The notes beneath the pieces are model-generated. The model saw nothing but the letters and a program-made list of their open reading frames with translations, made no database searches and was not told where the DNA came from. A DNA stretch of 64,000 nucleotides from Chara braunii (taxonomy: Eukaryota; Plantae; Charophyceae). The DNA is taken from positions 2,073,224-2,137,223 of the forward strand of contig BFEA01000035.1 in the NCBI GenBank assembly GCA_003427395.1. Reading direction: 5' to 3'. Position 1 is the first letter of the stretch, and each line of letters starts with the position of its first letter. Below are positions 1 through 12,132 of the stretch, piece after piece. A program made the translations under genes and the position numbers.

Positions 1-2655
1 ATCGACGCTCGGATAAATCGATTGTTAGATGGGGAAAGGAAATTGAAGGTTGGACAAATAAGGAGGAGAGGAGTCTACATCCAAATCACAGAATTTGATA
101 CATAGGGTGATTGGTCGATCCAGTCAACAAATCACCATAGATAAGGAGACGAGAAATAGAGGAGATAGGTGTTGTGGAAGCGATATGAGATAAGCCTGAC
201 CAAAAGACCTCGACAAAAGACGAGGACCCGACTGAGGCGCAAACGAGGGAAGACATGAAATTACCAAGAAGGAGAAGTTTGACGGGAGGTATGTGAAAAC
301 AAAACCTCTCATACGAATCTCTCTCCTTTTTCCAGTCCTTGTTTCAACCCTACGAAGTGGGAACCTCCAAGCCAGTCAAAGGATGAATAACAATTAAGAT
401 AAACGTACTCAAAACAATCATACAAAACACAACTCTCAAAATTTAAAATAATCTGTGATGGATTAAAACTACCAATTTGTCAACAAATCAAATTTAACTG
501 AGGTATCGCTGTCACGATAGATCCCTCCCCCCGCGCCGTCCAACACCAAGATTGTGTCTCTGCCCCGTACATGCTCCCTACACAGTTTTGACTCCTACCA
601 AATCTGCATTCCATCCCCCACCTTATGACCTTCCCAACCTCCCCTCCTCACGCTCCCTTTCCTTCATTTTTTCATTACTCACCACTCCTTCGCTACCTTA
701 CACATCAGGTAATTCCGAGTTACACGAAATTGCAGCTATATCCTAACACCGACCAAAATAATCATCATATGCTCCATCATTGCTTCCTCATATTGATCTC
801 CGCACCCCCACTCTCCACACTCTCCCAACACCGTCACACTCGCTACATCAAGCTCATCATTTTGTACTATCCCAACATTGTCCTCACTGAATTAGGAAAT
901 GAGTACTACCATCTGGTTTTCTACCCCTAAATCAATCTATTTTGTTGAATTTCCTCTCTATCGCTCCTCTCACCCCACTCACAGATTCTCTTGTACGACT
1001 CGTGCATTATCATTAGTAGAAATTTATCATTCACAAGCCACGCTCTCCATCTTGGAGATAATTTGTCCTCCATCCCCATGTATTGTCGTAATCTCCTCCT
1101 CACCCACCATATCACCACACTAACGTGGTAGCAATTAATCCATCCTTCGAAATGATGAAGATGTCATTATCAGAAAAGAGGGAGAGAGGGAAGAACTCGC
1201 TCCTCTTTTACCAAGGGGCAGTCATGCTGCATTCGGTTTGAGACAGCCGGGGTCTTCCCCCTACAACAGACCACTATGACTCGTACCATCCTCACTGGGA
1301 TCACTGGAAGTGAAGGAAAGACATCCCAATCTTGGGCAGAAGATGATTGCCAATAGAAAAACACCACAATGGATGAAACTAGGAAGGGAGACAAACCACA
1401 ACAATGGGAAAACCAAAAGACCATTTCAGACAGAACCACTTCAGAATCAGCGGAAATACAAGGCACTCACATGCACAAAAATGACTCCACTCAAGGAGGG
1501 CTTCTTCAAACAGATAACACCCATAAGGAAGACGATGAGATGCTCACTCAGGAATAAAAAACGGAGAAAGGAGAAAAAAGTGAGAACTTAAAAAAAAAAC
1601 AAAAACAATCACCGTTGAAAAAAATTACAACTGAGAGAAGCATCGCATCACGGCCTCAAACATCCAACTCATCATGGGTATGAAGGGTACGTCTGACAAT
1701 GCAAGAAAAAACACTCAATGTGACTCGCCCTTCCATTGGTCCCCTGGGAACACCCGAGGAAGAACTGAAAATCCCAATGAGGAATGTGTCCTCCGAGTCC
1801 ACTTGGACATACTTCTTGTCTCTCTTCCTCAGTCTCCTCCCTTCAGATCAAATGGTGGTGGACCAGGGAGGAAGGAAAACATTCATGAAATCATACCCAG
1901 TGGATAAACTTGCTCAAAGAGATTGAATCTATACAAAGCAAGCCAATAATTAGATTTCCTTTGACAATGCAACGGGTAAATCTATAAATGACAAAATTAA
2001 GTGGATTTGTAACCAACTGCAAAGGATGAGTCAACAGAGTCAATTAAGTGACAAAATGGATTCCATAGCATTCAGGACCAAATATGCAGAGTCAGAATAG
2101 CCTACAAGGTCAATAGAGTCAACAAAGTCTGCAGATAAACCAACAGAACCAGTTGAACAAGCACCCCTCCTCCCACATTACACAACAGAAAACCAATCAT
2201 GCACATAATGCACAATAGGATAGTCCTCAAAAAGGGGGGAGGGGAGAACCACAAGATGATAACAACAAATTGTTGGGTATAAACCCTCATACATACTTAC
2301 CGAAGAACACACAGCAGAGCGTGACGGAGTGGAGGGAGGTGAAGTCCAAGTCCAAGACCAATCGATTTGCTCCGTTGGCAACCCAACATGACTCACAACA
2401 AGAGTTGCAACAAGAAGAGTATCCAGGACAAAATCCACAATAAAATTCACAAAAAGAATCCAATTCAAAGAACACAAACTGGGTTTTCTAAGCCAACATC
2501 ACAGGCCGTCACGGGATCATAGTTCACCACACAACACACCATTGTACAAAATCTACAAAATGCTTTGTTAGTATCACCCCACCACAAAAACCGTTGTTGT
2601 TAACGCGAGGAAACAACCCATCTCCACTCAAGTGACCAAGCATCATACTACCCAA

Positions 2656-4150
2656 ACAATCAGCAATTGGTACTGCCTCATCAAATACCTCCGGGAACAG
2701 GGGACGCACTGTTGTTATCACCACTTTTAACAAACAAGGAAACACAGCTGCCAGGTACACATCTGCGACTGGTACCACATACACCAGGACAATAAATGTC
2801 CCAACCACAACAAAAATCGCATTCCCCTCAGGGGAAGATGCAAATGGAGAGGACATCACCATTGGCCTTGGAGATGGTACAACCTAGTACCACGCAGATA
2901 GAGACAGTCCTAACGCCATCTCTCATGACCACGTAGGCAAAGATAGTCTTAACTCAGTTTCTCATGGACCATCACCAAGGAGAAACATAGCAGGTCCAAG
3001 AATTCCCAATGGAAATAGATCCGTTGACAAAGTTTTTTTTTTAGGAGGGGATGGAAGTAGAAAAACTTGAAAAAGCCCAAGCAAATGTTGTGTCCTTCTC
3101 CATAGTGGGACAAATGCTATGAAATATTGATTCTCTGGTTAAACTTCATAACGGTATTCAAAATGTAGCAGACTGGGTCACCTCTAATTTAAAATTTATC
3201 TATCCCTCAAGAAATGAAGAACAATGAAACCTAATCAAGGAACAATCAGCAATTGGTACTGCCTCATCAAATACCTTTGGGAACAGGGGACACACTGTTG
3301 TTATCACCACTTTTAATAGACAAGGAAACACAGCTGACAGGTACACATCTGCAACTGGTACCACATACACCATGACAACAAATGTCCCAACCACAACAAA
3401 AACCGCATTCCCCTCAGGGGAAGATGAAAATGGAATGGACATCACCATTGGCCTTGGAGATGGTACAACTTAGTAGCACGCAGATAGAGACAGTCCTAAC
3501 GCCATCTCTCATGGTCACGCAAGCAAAGATAGTCTTAACTCAGTTTCTCATGGACCATCACCAGGAAGAAACAAAGCAGGTCTGCCTCATCAAATACCTT
3601 TGGGAACAGTGGACACACTGTTGTTATCATCACTTTTAACAGACAAGGAAACACAGCTGCCAGGTACATATCTGCCACTGATATCACATACACCAGGACA
3701 ACAAATGTCCTAACCACAATAAAAATCGCATTCCCCTTAGGGGAAGATGCAAATGGAAAGAACATCACCATTGGCCTTGGAGATGGTACAACCTAGTACC
3801 ACGCAGATAGAGACAGTCCTAACGCCATCTCTCATGGCCACGCAGGCAAAGATAGTCTTAACTCAGTTTCTCATGGACCATCACCAGGGAGAAACATAGC
3901 AGGTCCAAGAATTCCCAATGGAAATAGATCCGTTGACAAAGTTTTTTTTTTAGGAGGGGATGGAAGTAGAAAAACTTGAAAAAGCCCAAGCAAATGTTGT
4001 GTCCTTCTCCATAGTGGGACAAATGCTATGAAATATTGATTCTCTGGTTAAACTTCATAACGGTATCCAAAATGTAGCAGACTGGGTCACCTCTAATTTA
4101 AAATTTATCTATCCCTCAAGAAATGAAGAACAATGAAACCTAATCAAGGA
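2656..4150. repeat. Near-identical tandem triplication inside LINE-A ORF1 (about 2656-3240, 3241-3581 partial, 3582-4150)
   Basis: The block ctgcctcatcaaatacct...ggccttggagatggtacaac...gatagtcttaactcagtttctcatggacc recurs three times. Confidence 0.92.
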
Positions 4151-7100
4151 ACAAGTTATATCCATGCTGGCTTGCAGTGATAGTTTGAAAACGGTCTTAT
4201 AATACGGCGTTCCCCCAAAAGCAGATTGACAAACAGTCAGCAACAAGATCCTATACATAATTTCCAACAGAGTGCTCAACCTGATTCAATAGCCTCAAAA
4301 GAAATGTGGTGATAAGGAAAAAGTAAAAAATGCAGAACAGAGGACGAACACTTGCTTGGTAAGAAGCACAAGAAGACTCAAGGTATTGGCTAGAAAAGGC
4401 CCAACCAATAAAAGCATCAACCCCACACTTACTGGGCCCACAAAGACACAATCTGAACAAACATCACGGAAAAAAAAAAAAAAAAAAAAAGGTTAATATT
4501 GAAAAGATTCGTAATAACACCGAAATTTCCGAAAAACAAACTGAAAAATGCTAAAAATGCTAAATTTTGGTTCGATGACAAAGAAAAATGAAAGAAACCG
4601 AAAAATAGCAAAGTAAGCACATGGCTTCTCAGAACCATACAAAAGATTCAATTGATTCAATAGCTTCATGACCTGCAAGTCTCAGACTTCTCAGAGTTAA
4701 ATAATACGGATACCAAAAAAAAAAAGTTGAGACTATATATGAGGTTGCACATGAATTACATTATACCAGGAATCTGTCTTGGGGGAACATTGGGAAGTGA
4801 CAGAACTCCAATCGAGTCAGACATCCAGCCAGGGTTCTACCAATATTGATCCACTAAGCCCCCCAACACCACCACATGCAAGAATTACAGTAACAGCACC
4901 CCCCCCCCCCCCAGATGAATCGGTAACCATTTAGATCGTTTCTCCCATAACAAGAGAAACAAAAGTCCTAGTTATTGAAGACCAAGCTAGGAAAGAAATA
5001 AAAATGGCATCCTCGCTGGCTGAATGAGAGGATGGTGGGGAGAAGGAAAACCTGAGAGAGAATACACAGACACAACAAAAAGATGCGCTCCTGGACCATC
5101 AGACCTTGATGGATGAATCTGCGAGAGAGATGTAGTCTCATAATCAGTCTCAACAAGAAAAAATAAGACCCAGACAGGGCTAAGGAACAAAAAAAAAACA
5201 ATGTGGACTCATAGGCTGAAAAGGAAATAGTCTTGACAACAGACTTATACTAAGGAAAATAGTCAAGTGATGAATGTGACACTTCCCCTCCCCTTGTATT
5301 GGAAAACAAAAGCAAAAGACAGAAAATCAAAACTCGACTAAGCATTGAACTCAACGATCTGTCTTTATCAAAGGAAGGAATAACAATCCTACCTGGCAGA
5401 CTCAAAGCGGAACTTTGGGAGGTGGGTCAGATAGAGACAGAAGGGTCCTCCAATGGACGAGTCACAATCCGGGGCACCAATTCCTCTTTCCTATCACTCT
5501 CAAACCTGACATGAGGATTCACTGGTGAAACACTAATTAGATTATGCATTATAAGATTTATTAAAGAAAATCTACCACCAGGAGGGTAGGTCACCCTTAC
5601 ATTAACAATTGAGCCAGAGAGAATAGCTACAAGAGATGTATATGTGTGGTATAAGGTTTGGGTTATAATAAACCTAAGATGGATGGCGGTAAAATCATTA
5701 AAAAAACTACAATTACTAAAAATCAAAGCTAATAAATTCCGGTCAGAATCAGATATGGCTACCATACTAATTAGAGCAATCAAACGGGCAGTCATCGGAA
5801 AAAAAAAAGGAGGACCTTTGAACACAAGAGTATGTAAGAACTTGTGAAAATCAAACTAACAACCCCCTACTACTCAAGAGAGCAATCCAGTTTGATGAAA
5901 GAAAATGATGAAGAAATGGATGACAAGGAATAAGTAAATTTAATAGATTTATTATTTAACAAGGACAAGCGATGAAAATTTCTCAAAAGAAATGCAGATT
6001 TGGATCTCAAATCCCTAAATGTTAATGGACTAGCCTCAGCCAAACAGAATAGAAGATCGACTATCTATGAACAAATTAGAGAGATAGATGAAAAACTCTG
6101 ACCAGACATCATTTGTCTACAAGAAACCCACCTCATGGATATTGGCCTTCATAACTATACCCATTAAGCAATTTGGCCACACACATCATATAGAGCCCAC
6201 GCGCTGAAACCGGATAGCGCGGGGGTGGCAATATGGATCCCCTCAGATTCCAAAATTGAAGTGGATGAGAGGAAAGCAGACCAACTAGAAGGTAGGTCGG
6301 TATACATTTTAGTGATGTTGAAACTATAAATAGTTAGTATCCTAAATGTATATGGTCGCAATGACCTTGGAGAGAGATTGGATTCTACAAGGAAAACCTT
6401 CCCCAGTTACCCATCGACATTCTAGTCATTATTTCGGGAGACTCCAATGCAGTCTCAGATCGCAATATAGATAGATGAAATGTCCCTTCGCCCTCCCCGA
6501 CTTATATTGAAACTGATGAGGTAATTATCTCTAACTTATGTTGAACAATCAATCTCTTTGATCCTTTCAGGAGACTAAATCCAACCCCTAAAACATTTAT
6601 CTGCTTCAGAAAATCCAAAAAAAAATAAAAATAAAGTCTAAAATAAATCTCATATTGGTTTCATAAGAGTTACAATGGGATCTACAATTCGTTGCTATTC
6701 TTCGCTGCAACCCTCTCCCAAGACTAAACCATACCATGTGCATGGTGGTCCTCTCATTTAGTAAGAGACCAGAAAAAGGCAAATGATTATATAGACTTAA
6801 TACATCACACCTCAAAATAGATAATTTCATACAAAATTTGGTTGATGAGTGGAAATTTTAGAGGAAACAGAGACCCCTCATCAAGAATGGCATAAGATGG
6901 TTCAACAATGACCTAGTTTTTTTAAAGACGTAAATGCAATGAATACTACAAAACTTTGGTGATGCAAAAATATCAAGAAGAAACACAAATACATAAAAGA
7001 ATCTTAGACCTGCAAACAAGCAGAGCGGAAAAAAATAGAGTTTATTATTAATGAGATGCAAGAATTACAAAATCAACTTCTAATGCGCATGAAATACAAA

Positions 7101-7814
7101 TAGCAATGGATGAGAATCAGGGAGAAATGAAAAAGTCACCAAATGGAAGGAGAAATTGATGCAAAATTTTTCGTAATAGCCAAAGCAAGAACATTAAGAA
7201 TCACGATAGAGGTTTTTGTTAACCCATTTAATACAAATGGACCACTAACAACCTCAACAACAACAAACACTAAAATAGTAAGAATTTTTTTCAAGGAACT
7301 ATTCACATCTGAAAATAACGACATCCCTAGGGATAAACACCTCAAGCATTGAAAAAAATTATCACCGATAATCGAAAAAAGGAGATAGACAAACGACTTT
7401 CCAAAGAAGAAGTTTGAACTGCGTTAATACCTATGAAAGAAGAAAAAATACCTAGGATTGATGAGCTTCCTAAAACGTTTTGAAAATGTATGTGGGGCAC
7501 TCTCTCCCAGGACCTAATGAACTTCTATAATGTGGTATGGAGATCTAAATACATGAGAGAAATATTGAATCAAGGAATGCTAACGCTGATCTATAAAAAA
7601 AGAGAAAAATCTAATATAAGAAACTACTGGCCCATTACACTCCTAACAGTGGTATACAAATTGATGGTCAAAGTCCTGACAAATAGACTTACAAAGGTTA
7701 TCACTGACATTATCCACCTAGCCCAAACATGTTTTATAACAAATAAAAATAAATAAGACAACATTCTCCTAATCAATGGACTTATCAAAATCTCTCGCCA
7801 ATCGAGACACACTG

Positions 7815-8160
7815 CAACATGTTCGGATGCTCGGCCGAGGGGGAACCGAACATGTTCGGTCGAGCGCAAAATAGGGGGTTGTTAAGTGTGACCTCATGTG
7901 TGTGTGGTGTGTGGAGTGTGTGTGGGGTGTTTGTGGGTTGTTTGTGTGTGGGGTGTTTGTGGGTTGTTTGTGTGTGTGTGTGGTGTGTGTGTGTGTGTAT
8001 ATGTTCAGGAGTGATGAGCAATGCCCCTCAGAGCCCCCCAACCGCTATATATAAAAAAAAAAAAAAAAAAATGTTCGGGCTCGGTTTATTTTGTATCACG
8101 TTCGGGCTTGGTACCGAGCGTGCGGGTTCGGTCACCGAGCCGGAGCACGATGCTACACAG
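7815..8160. mobile_element. Larger part of a MITE broken by an inversion (the other end is at 9199-9230); same family as 29339-30205
   Basis: Ends tgctacacag (8151-8160) and tgctacacaa (9221-9230). The 8-bp TSD cttcaaac appears as gtttgaag at 8161-8168 and directly at 9231-9238. The (GT)-rich core matches 29940-30200. Confidence 0.85.
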
Positions 8161-8634
8161 GTTTGAAGGAATCTGTTTGATCTTGGGTTCTTCAAGGGGT
8201 CTCACCCCTTAATGGTGAATCCACTATCCTAACGTCTTGCAACCCAGTTAACTTTCATATCTAATAATCTACAAAATTGATTCATCAGTCTTTATAGAGA
8301 TTTTAAACTGTCATGAGATACCTCTATTATCATTGAGAGGTCGTAAGCGAAAATGAAATACACGAGAATCGCTTCCTCTAGGATAGAGTTTATTTGTATT
8401 CTCTAAATATTTTTGTTTTGTCTAATGTTAGTGATTAGGGTTTCCATGATTATTACAAACAAAAAGGGTGCAATGGGGTCTCCCTGTCTCACTGATCTTT
8501 TTAATTATATTGGAGACGCTACGTTCTTATTTATCATTACTCTCGTAGTGACTTTTTTGTGCATTATTCTCACCCATCTTCTAAGGCATGGTTCATTTTC
8601 TTTACACATTTATCCAATAATATTCAGTCCACAT

Positions 8635-9165
8635 CTATGTTGGGTCATCGCCCGGCCCCCCACGCCCGGCCCCTCACGCCCGGGCCAGTTGGGCAGGGGG
8701 GGGGGTCGCCCAACAAAACCAGACGGGTCAAAAAAGAGGCAAGGATCCCCCCCCCCAAAAAAAAGACTTCAGGCCAGGACGGCGCTCGACCCAAGCAGTC
8801 AGAATCTGGTCTTAACTTCGGTTTTGGTGATGGGTCATCCAGGGGGGGATGGGGGGTATAAACAGTGACTAAAGGGCTTAAAAAGGTACATTTGGAGTCT
8901 TTTGGGACTCATGTTTTCTCATTTATTTTTATATTAAAATTAACAAGGAATTTTGAGGTGGCCCTCGGCCAAAAGTCGTTTGTATTGCAATTTTACATAA
9001 CATTTTTTTTTTTCGGATTTTTTATTATTTTTTATTTTTTTTATTTTTTAGAATATTATGCGTTGGGATCGCCCGGGACCCTGTTCGGGCCCTGCCCGGT
9101 CCGGGCCGCCCGGGAGGGTACCCGAGCGACCTTCCCCCAGCCGGGCCGCCCGGGGACTAACACAG
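8635..9165. mobile_element. MITE with 8-bp TSD
   Basis: TSD gtccacat at 8627-8634 and 9166-9173; imperfect TIRs ctatgtt.../...aacacag; GC-rich subtermini and AT-rich core. Confidence 0.88.
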
Positions 9166-9386
9166 GTCCACATGGTAATGCGCTTTTTCAAAGTCAGTCA
9201 GGCGCCGAACATGTTCGGTGTGCTACACAACTTCAAACAACCCAATAAGGATATTGAACATAAATTTAACTGTCAAAGGAAAACCAACTAACAACAAGAA
9301 GTGGATTACCCAAAATTCCCCAAACAAGTTGAGCTATTGAAAAGTTTCGAAAAACAAAATTACTTCAATTTTTGGAAGATTCCTAG

Positions 9387-12132
9387 TTTTTTTTTTTTTT
9401 TTTTTTTTTAATGGGAGCAAGGCTCCAATCTATTCGTGGGGAGCAACACGTGCTGGGAACCCGGGCCCAGCGTCCCATATGGAAATTTACATACAATTTT
9501 GAAAGTTTGAGGTGTCAGGGCCATTACCCGGCTTTGGCTCAGAAAAAAAATTGGAGCTACTTAGAAAATAACCACGACAGACTTCAGAATATGAACAGAA
9601 TTCAGAACTACTCTGAAAACCCCCCATCCATCCGCTTTACCTCACTCCGGCAAGACTTACTGTAGCAGAGCCACCATCTCCGCCGCTGCTATACCCTATT
9701 CTCATCCTACCAGTTAACCCCCTCATTAGTAGGACGTGTGATACCCCACCATCTCCTTCCCCACTAACCTCGTTCTTTAAGCTCAAAAAATTGGAGCTAT
9801 GTAGGAAAGGACTACAACAGGCTTCAAGAATAGGTAGGATTCAAATTCCAACTCAGAAAAACACCCCCCCATCAGTCCTCTATTCCACACTCCGGTAAGA
9901 CTTTCTGCAGCAGAGCCACCATCTCTACTGCTGCTATACCCTATTCCAATCCTACCAGCTAACCCCCTCACTAGCAGGACGCATGATATCCCCCCATCTC
10001 CGTCCCACTCACCTTATTTCTTTTTAGAATAAACTGTCGGGGTCGTTAAAGAAATCTCCCTAACAAGTCCTTCCAGAGTTCCTCGAAGTTGTCTTACTCC
10101 CTGCCGAGCTCTTCCAGGCCTCACACCCTCACTTTCTGCTGGGTTACAGGACAACATAACTCGCCCCAGCTCCGGCCAGCGTCGTCCCAGCAGCAAACCT
10201 TGGCTGTTCCGTGAGATGCCTACCCCAAAGCATCCCCAGATCTCTCTACCAGGCCTCACGCTCCCGTGTCAACAGGTTACAGGGCAACACCCCAACACCG
10301 GCCAGCGTCGTTCTGACATCGAACAACCACAGATTGTTGAGTATCACAACTTCAAAAAAGCGTAGGAAAAGTTGATAGAGGCCCTAGAATCCTAAACATT
10401 CTCAAATGCCCCTAACGGCCAGCAGGATAAAATTCAGAAAAAAGGGGTCGAAACTAAAAATTAAAACCACTACCACTACCTAAAATCCCCCTCTCAACAA
10501 GTGGACCATCGGTCCCGACTTTCAGTCCTGGTACCAGAACTCACCTGGTCTCATACCCCCCTCTGCTAGGGTAACAGGGCACGACAACCCTCCCTAGTAC
10601 CGACCAACCTAGTTCTGAGGAACAGGAAGTGCCTTCCCCCCTCGACAATTCCTTTAGCGGCATACCCCTAAATAGGTTACAGGGTCCAAACCCCGGTGCC
10701 AACTACGTTGGAGATCTGGTTACGCCTTCCACCCTCGGAATAACTCCATAGGCCTCAAGTTCCCCCTGGGTCACAGAGCAAGGCTCCAGCACCGGCCTAT
10801 GTCGTCCCAGCATCGTCCTCCTGACCTACTCACCTTAACCGACATTTTCCGTCTATTGAGAGTCCCCTTTCTTCTTTCCATCCTCCCATTCTAGTTCCCC
10901 CACCAACAAGCTTTGAGGCAATCATCAACAAAAAAAACACCACCAAAAGATTAAGATGTACAACCGTCGATCTCTCCATCGAGAATCAGAAACAAAATTT
11001 AAGAATCTATCTGGACCTTTTTTTTTAGATTTGAAATTTGAAGATAAGACCACATAGTAATCAACTTAAATCAAGGGAATTTAGATCATGAATTTTGGCA
11101 TCCAATTCAGAAGGTCAGTCACAGACACAATTTGATAGGTTTCGAAATTTCAAAAAAGGAATAGACATAGGAAGTTGATTCTGATGTCCTCACGGACTTC
11201 CGACTCTGATTTCCAGAACCCTAGTTCAGGAAATCGCTCAGAGAGTAAATGAGGAAATACTAAACAGAGAAAAAAAAAGGGTCACTCAGACAGTAATCAA
11301 AAGATTCTAAGCCAAAAACGAATCAGCAATCAAGACAGTAAATGAGAAATTAAAAAATACAAACTACCAATCAAGATCTACTAAAAACCTAAATCAAGAA
11401 TATGCCATGTAAAATCAGAGATTGAAATTTTCAAAAATAAGGACTGAACCTAGAAACTTACAACGCGAATCAAAGTAATCCAGTTTGGTGACTACAACAA
11501 AAACCATCGGTGAGAGGGTCTATCCAAAGAAAAGCAAGCTCCAAAATCAACCACAGCGTTCTCGTACTCCGGATGCCCTTGTGATGAAGACGCAGCTGCC
11601 GCCGATACCGCTTCGCCCTTCTTCAAAAAAACGAGGACTCGATATTGCCTCCAATCCTCCTCCCACTTCACGTGAGGACGCGCTCCTCCCTTTCAGCCTG
11701 CATCAACCAACCATCCCCCACGAAACTACGCAGGCAAAGAAGCAAAGGCAACCCATATGCCAAGAATCTCATGAAGATCCGCCCCCTTTCAAAGACAGTC
11801 TTCCCTTCATCCAGCGTGTTGGCCTGCAGCATCACTAGATGAATCGTGAAGCCGAAGACGACACCCCTGTGCTTTCAAAAGGCAGGCCGCACCAAGTCTC
11901 GCCACGTCATCTCTACCCTCCTGCTGTCAAGTCTCACGCACCACAGCCCCCACCCACGCACCGCATCGCATGACTCTTCGTCGACTCCTGCGTCCGGGCC
12001 CGCCCACCGCATTGCGTGACTCTCCGTTGACTCCTGCGTCGCGCCGCGTCCACTCCGATGGTGCTCGAGCGGGGGCGCAACGCTCCCGGTCGTGTTGCCC
12101 CGCATGAAACAGTGTGTGCCGGGCTGGAGTAC
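9387..12132 (-). mobile_element. Non-autonomous poly(A) retroposon (about 2.7 kb, no RT) inserted in LINE-A ORF2
   Basis: Poly(T) at about 9387-9409; conserved 3' motif at 9421-9476; cctagt duplicated on both sides. Removing it restores LINE ...TSIFGRFL|VINNVIL. GC-rich 5' end shared with 19820-20355. Confidence 0.8.

Noticed and set aside
4448-4632. AT-rich insertion in LINE-A ORF1 as another CT...AG MITE
   Set aside because: ctga/tcag ends are present but there is no matching TSD, so it is left unannotated.
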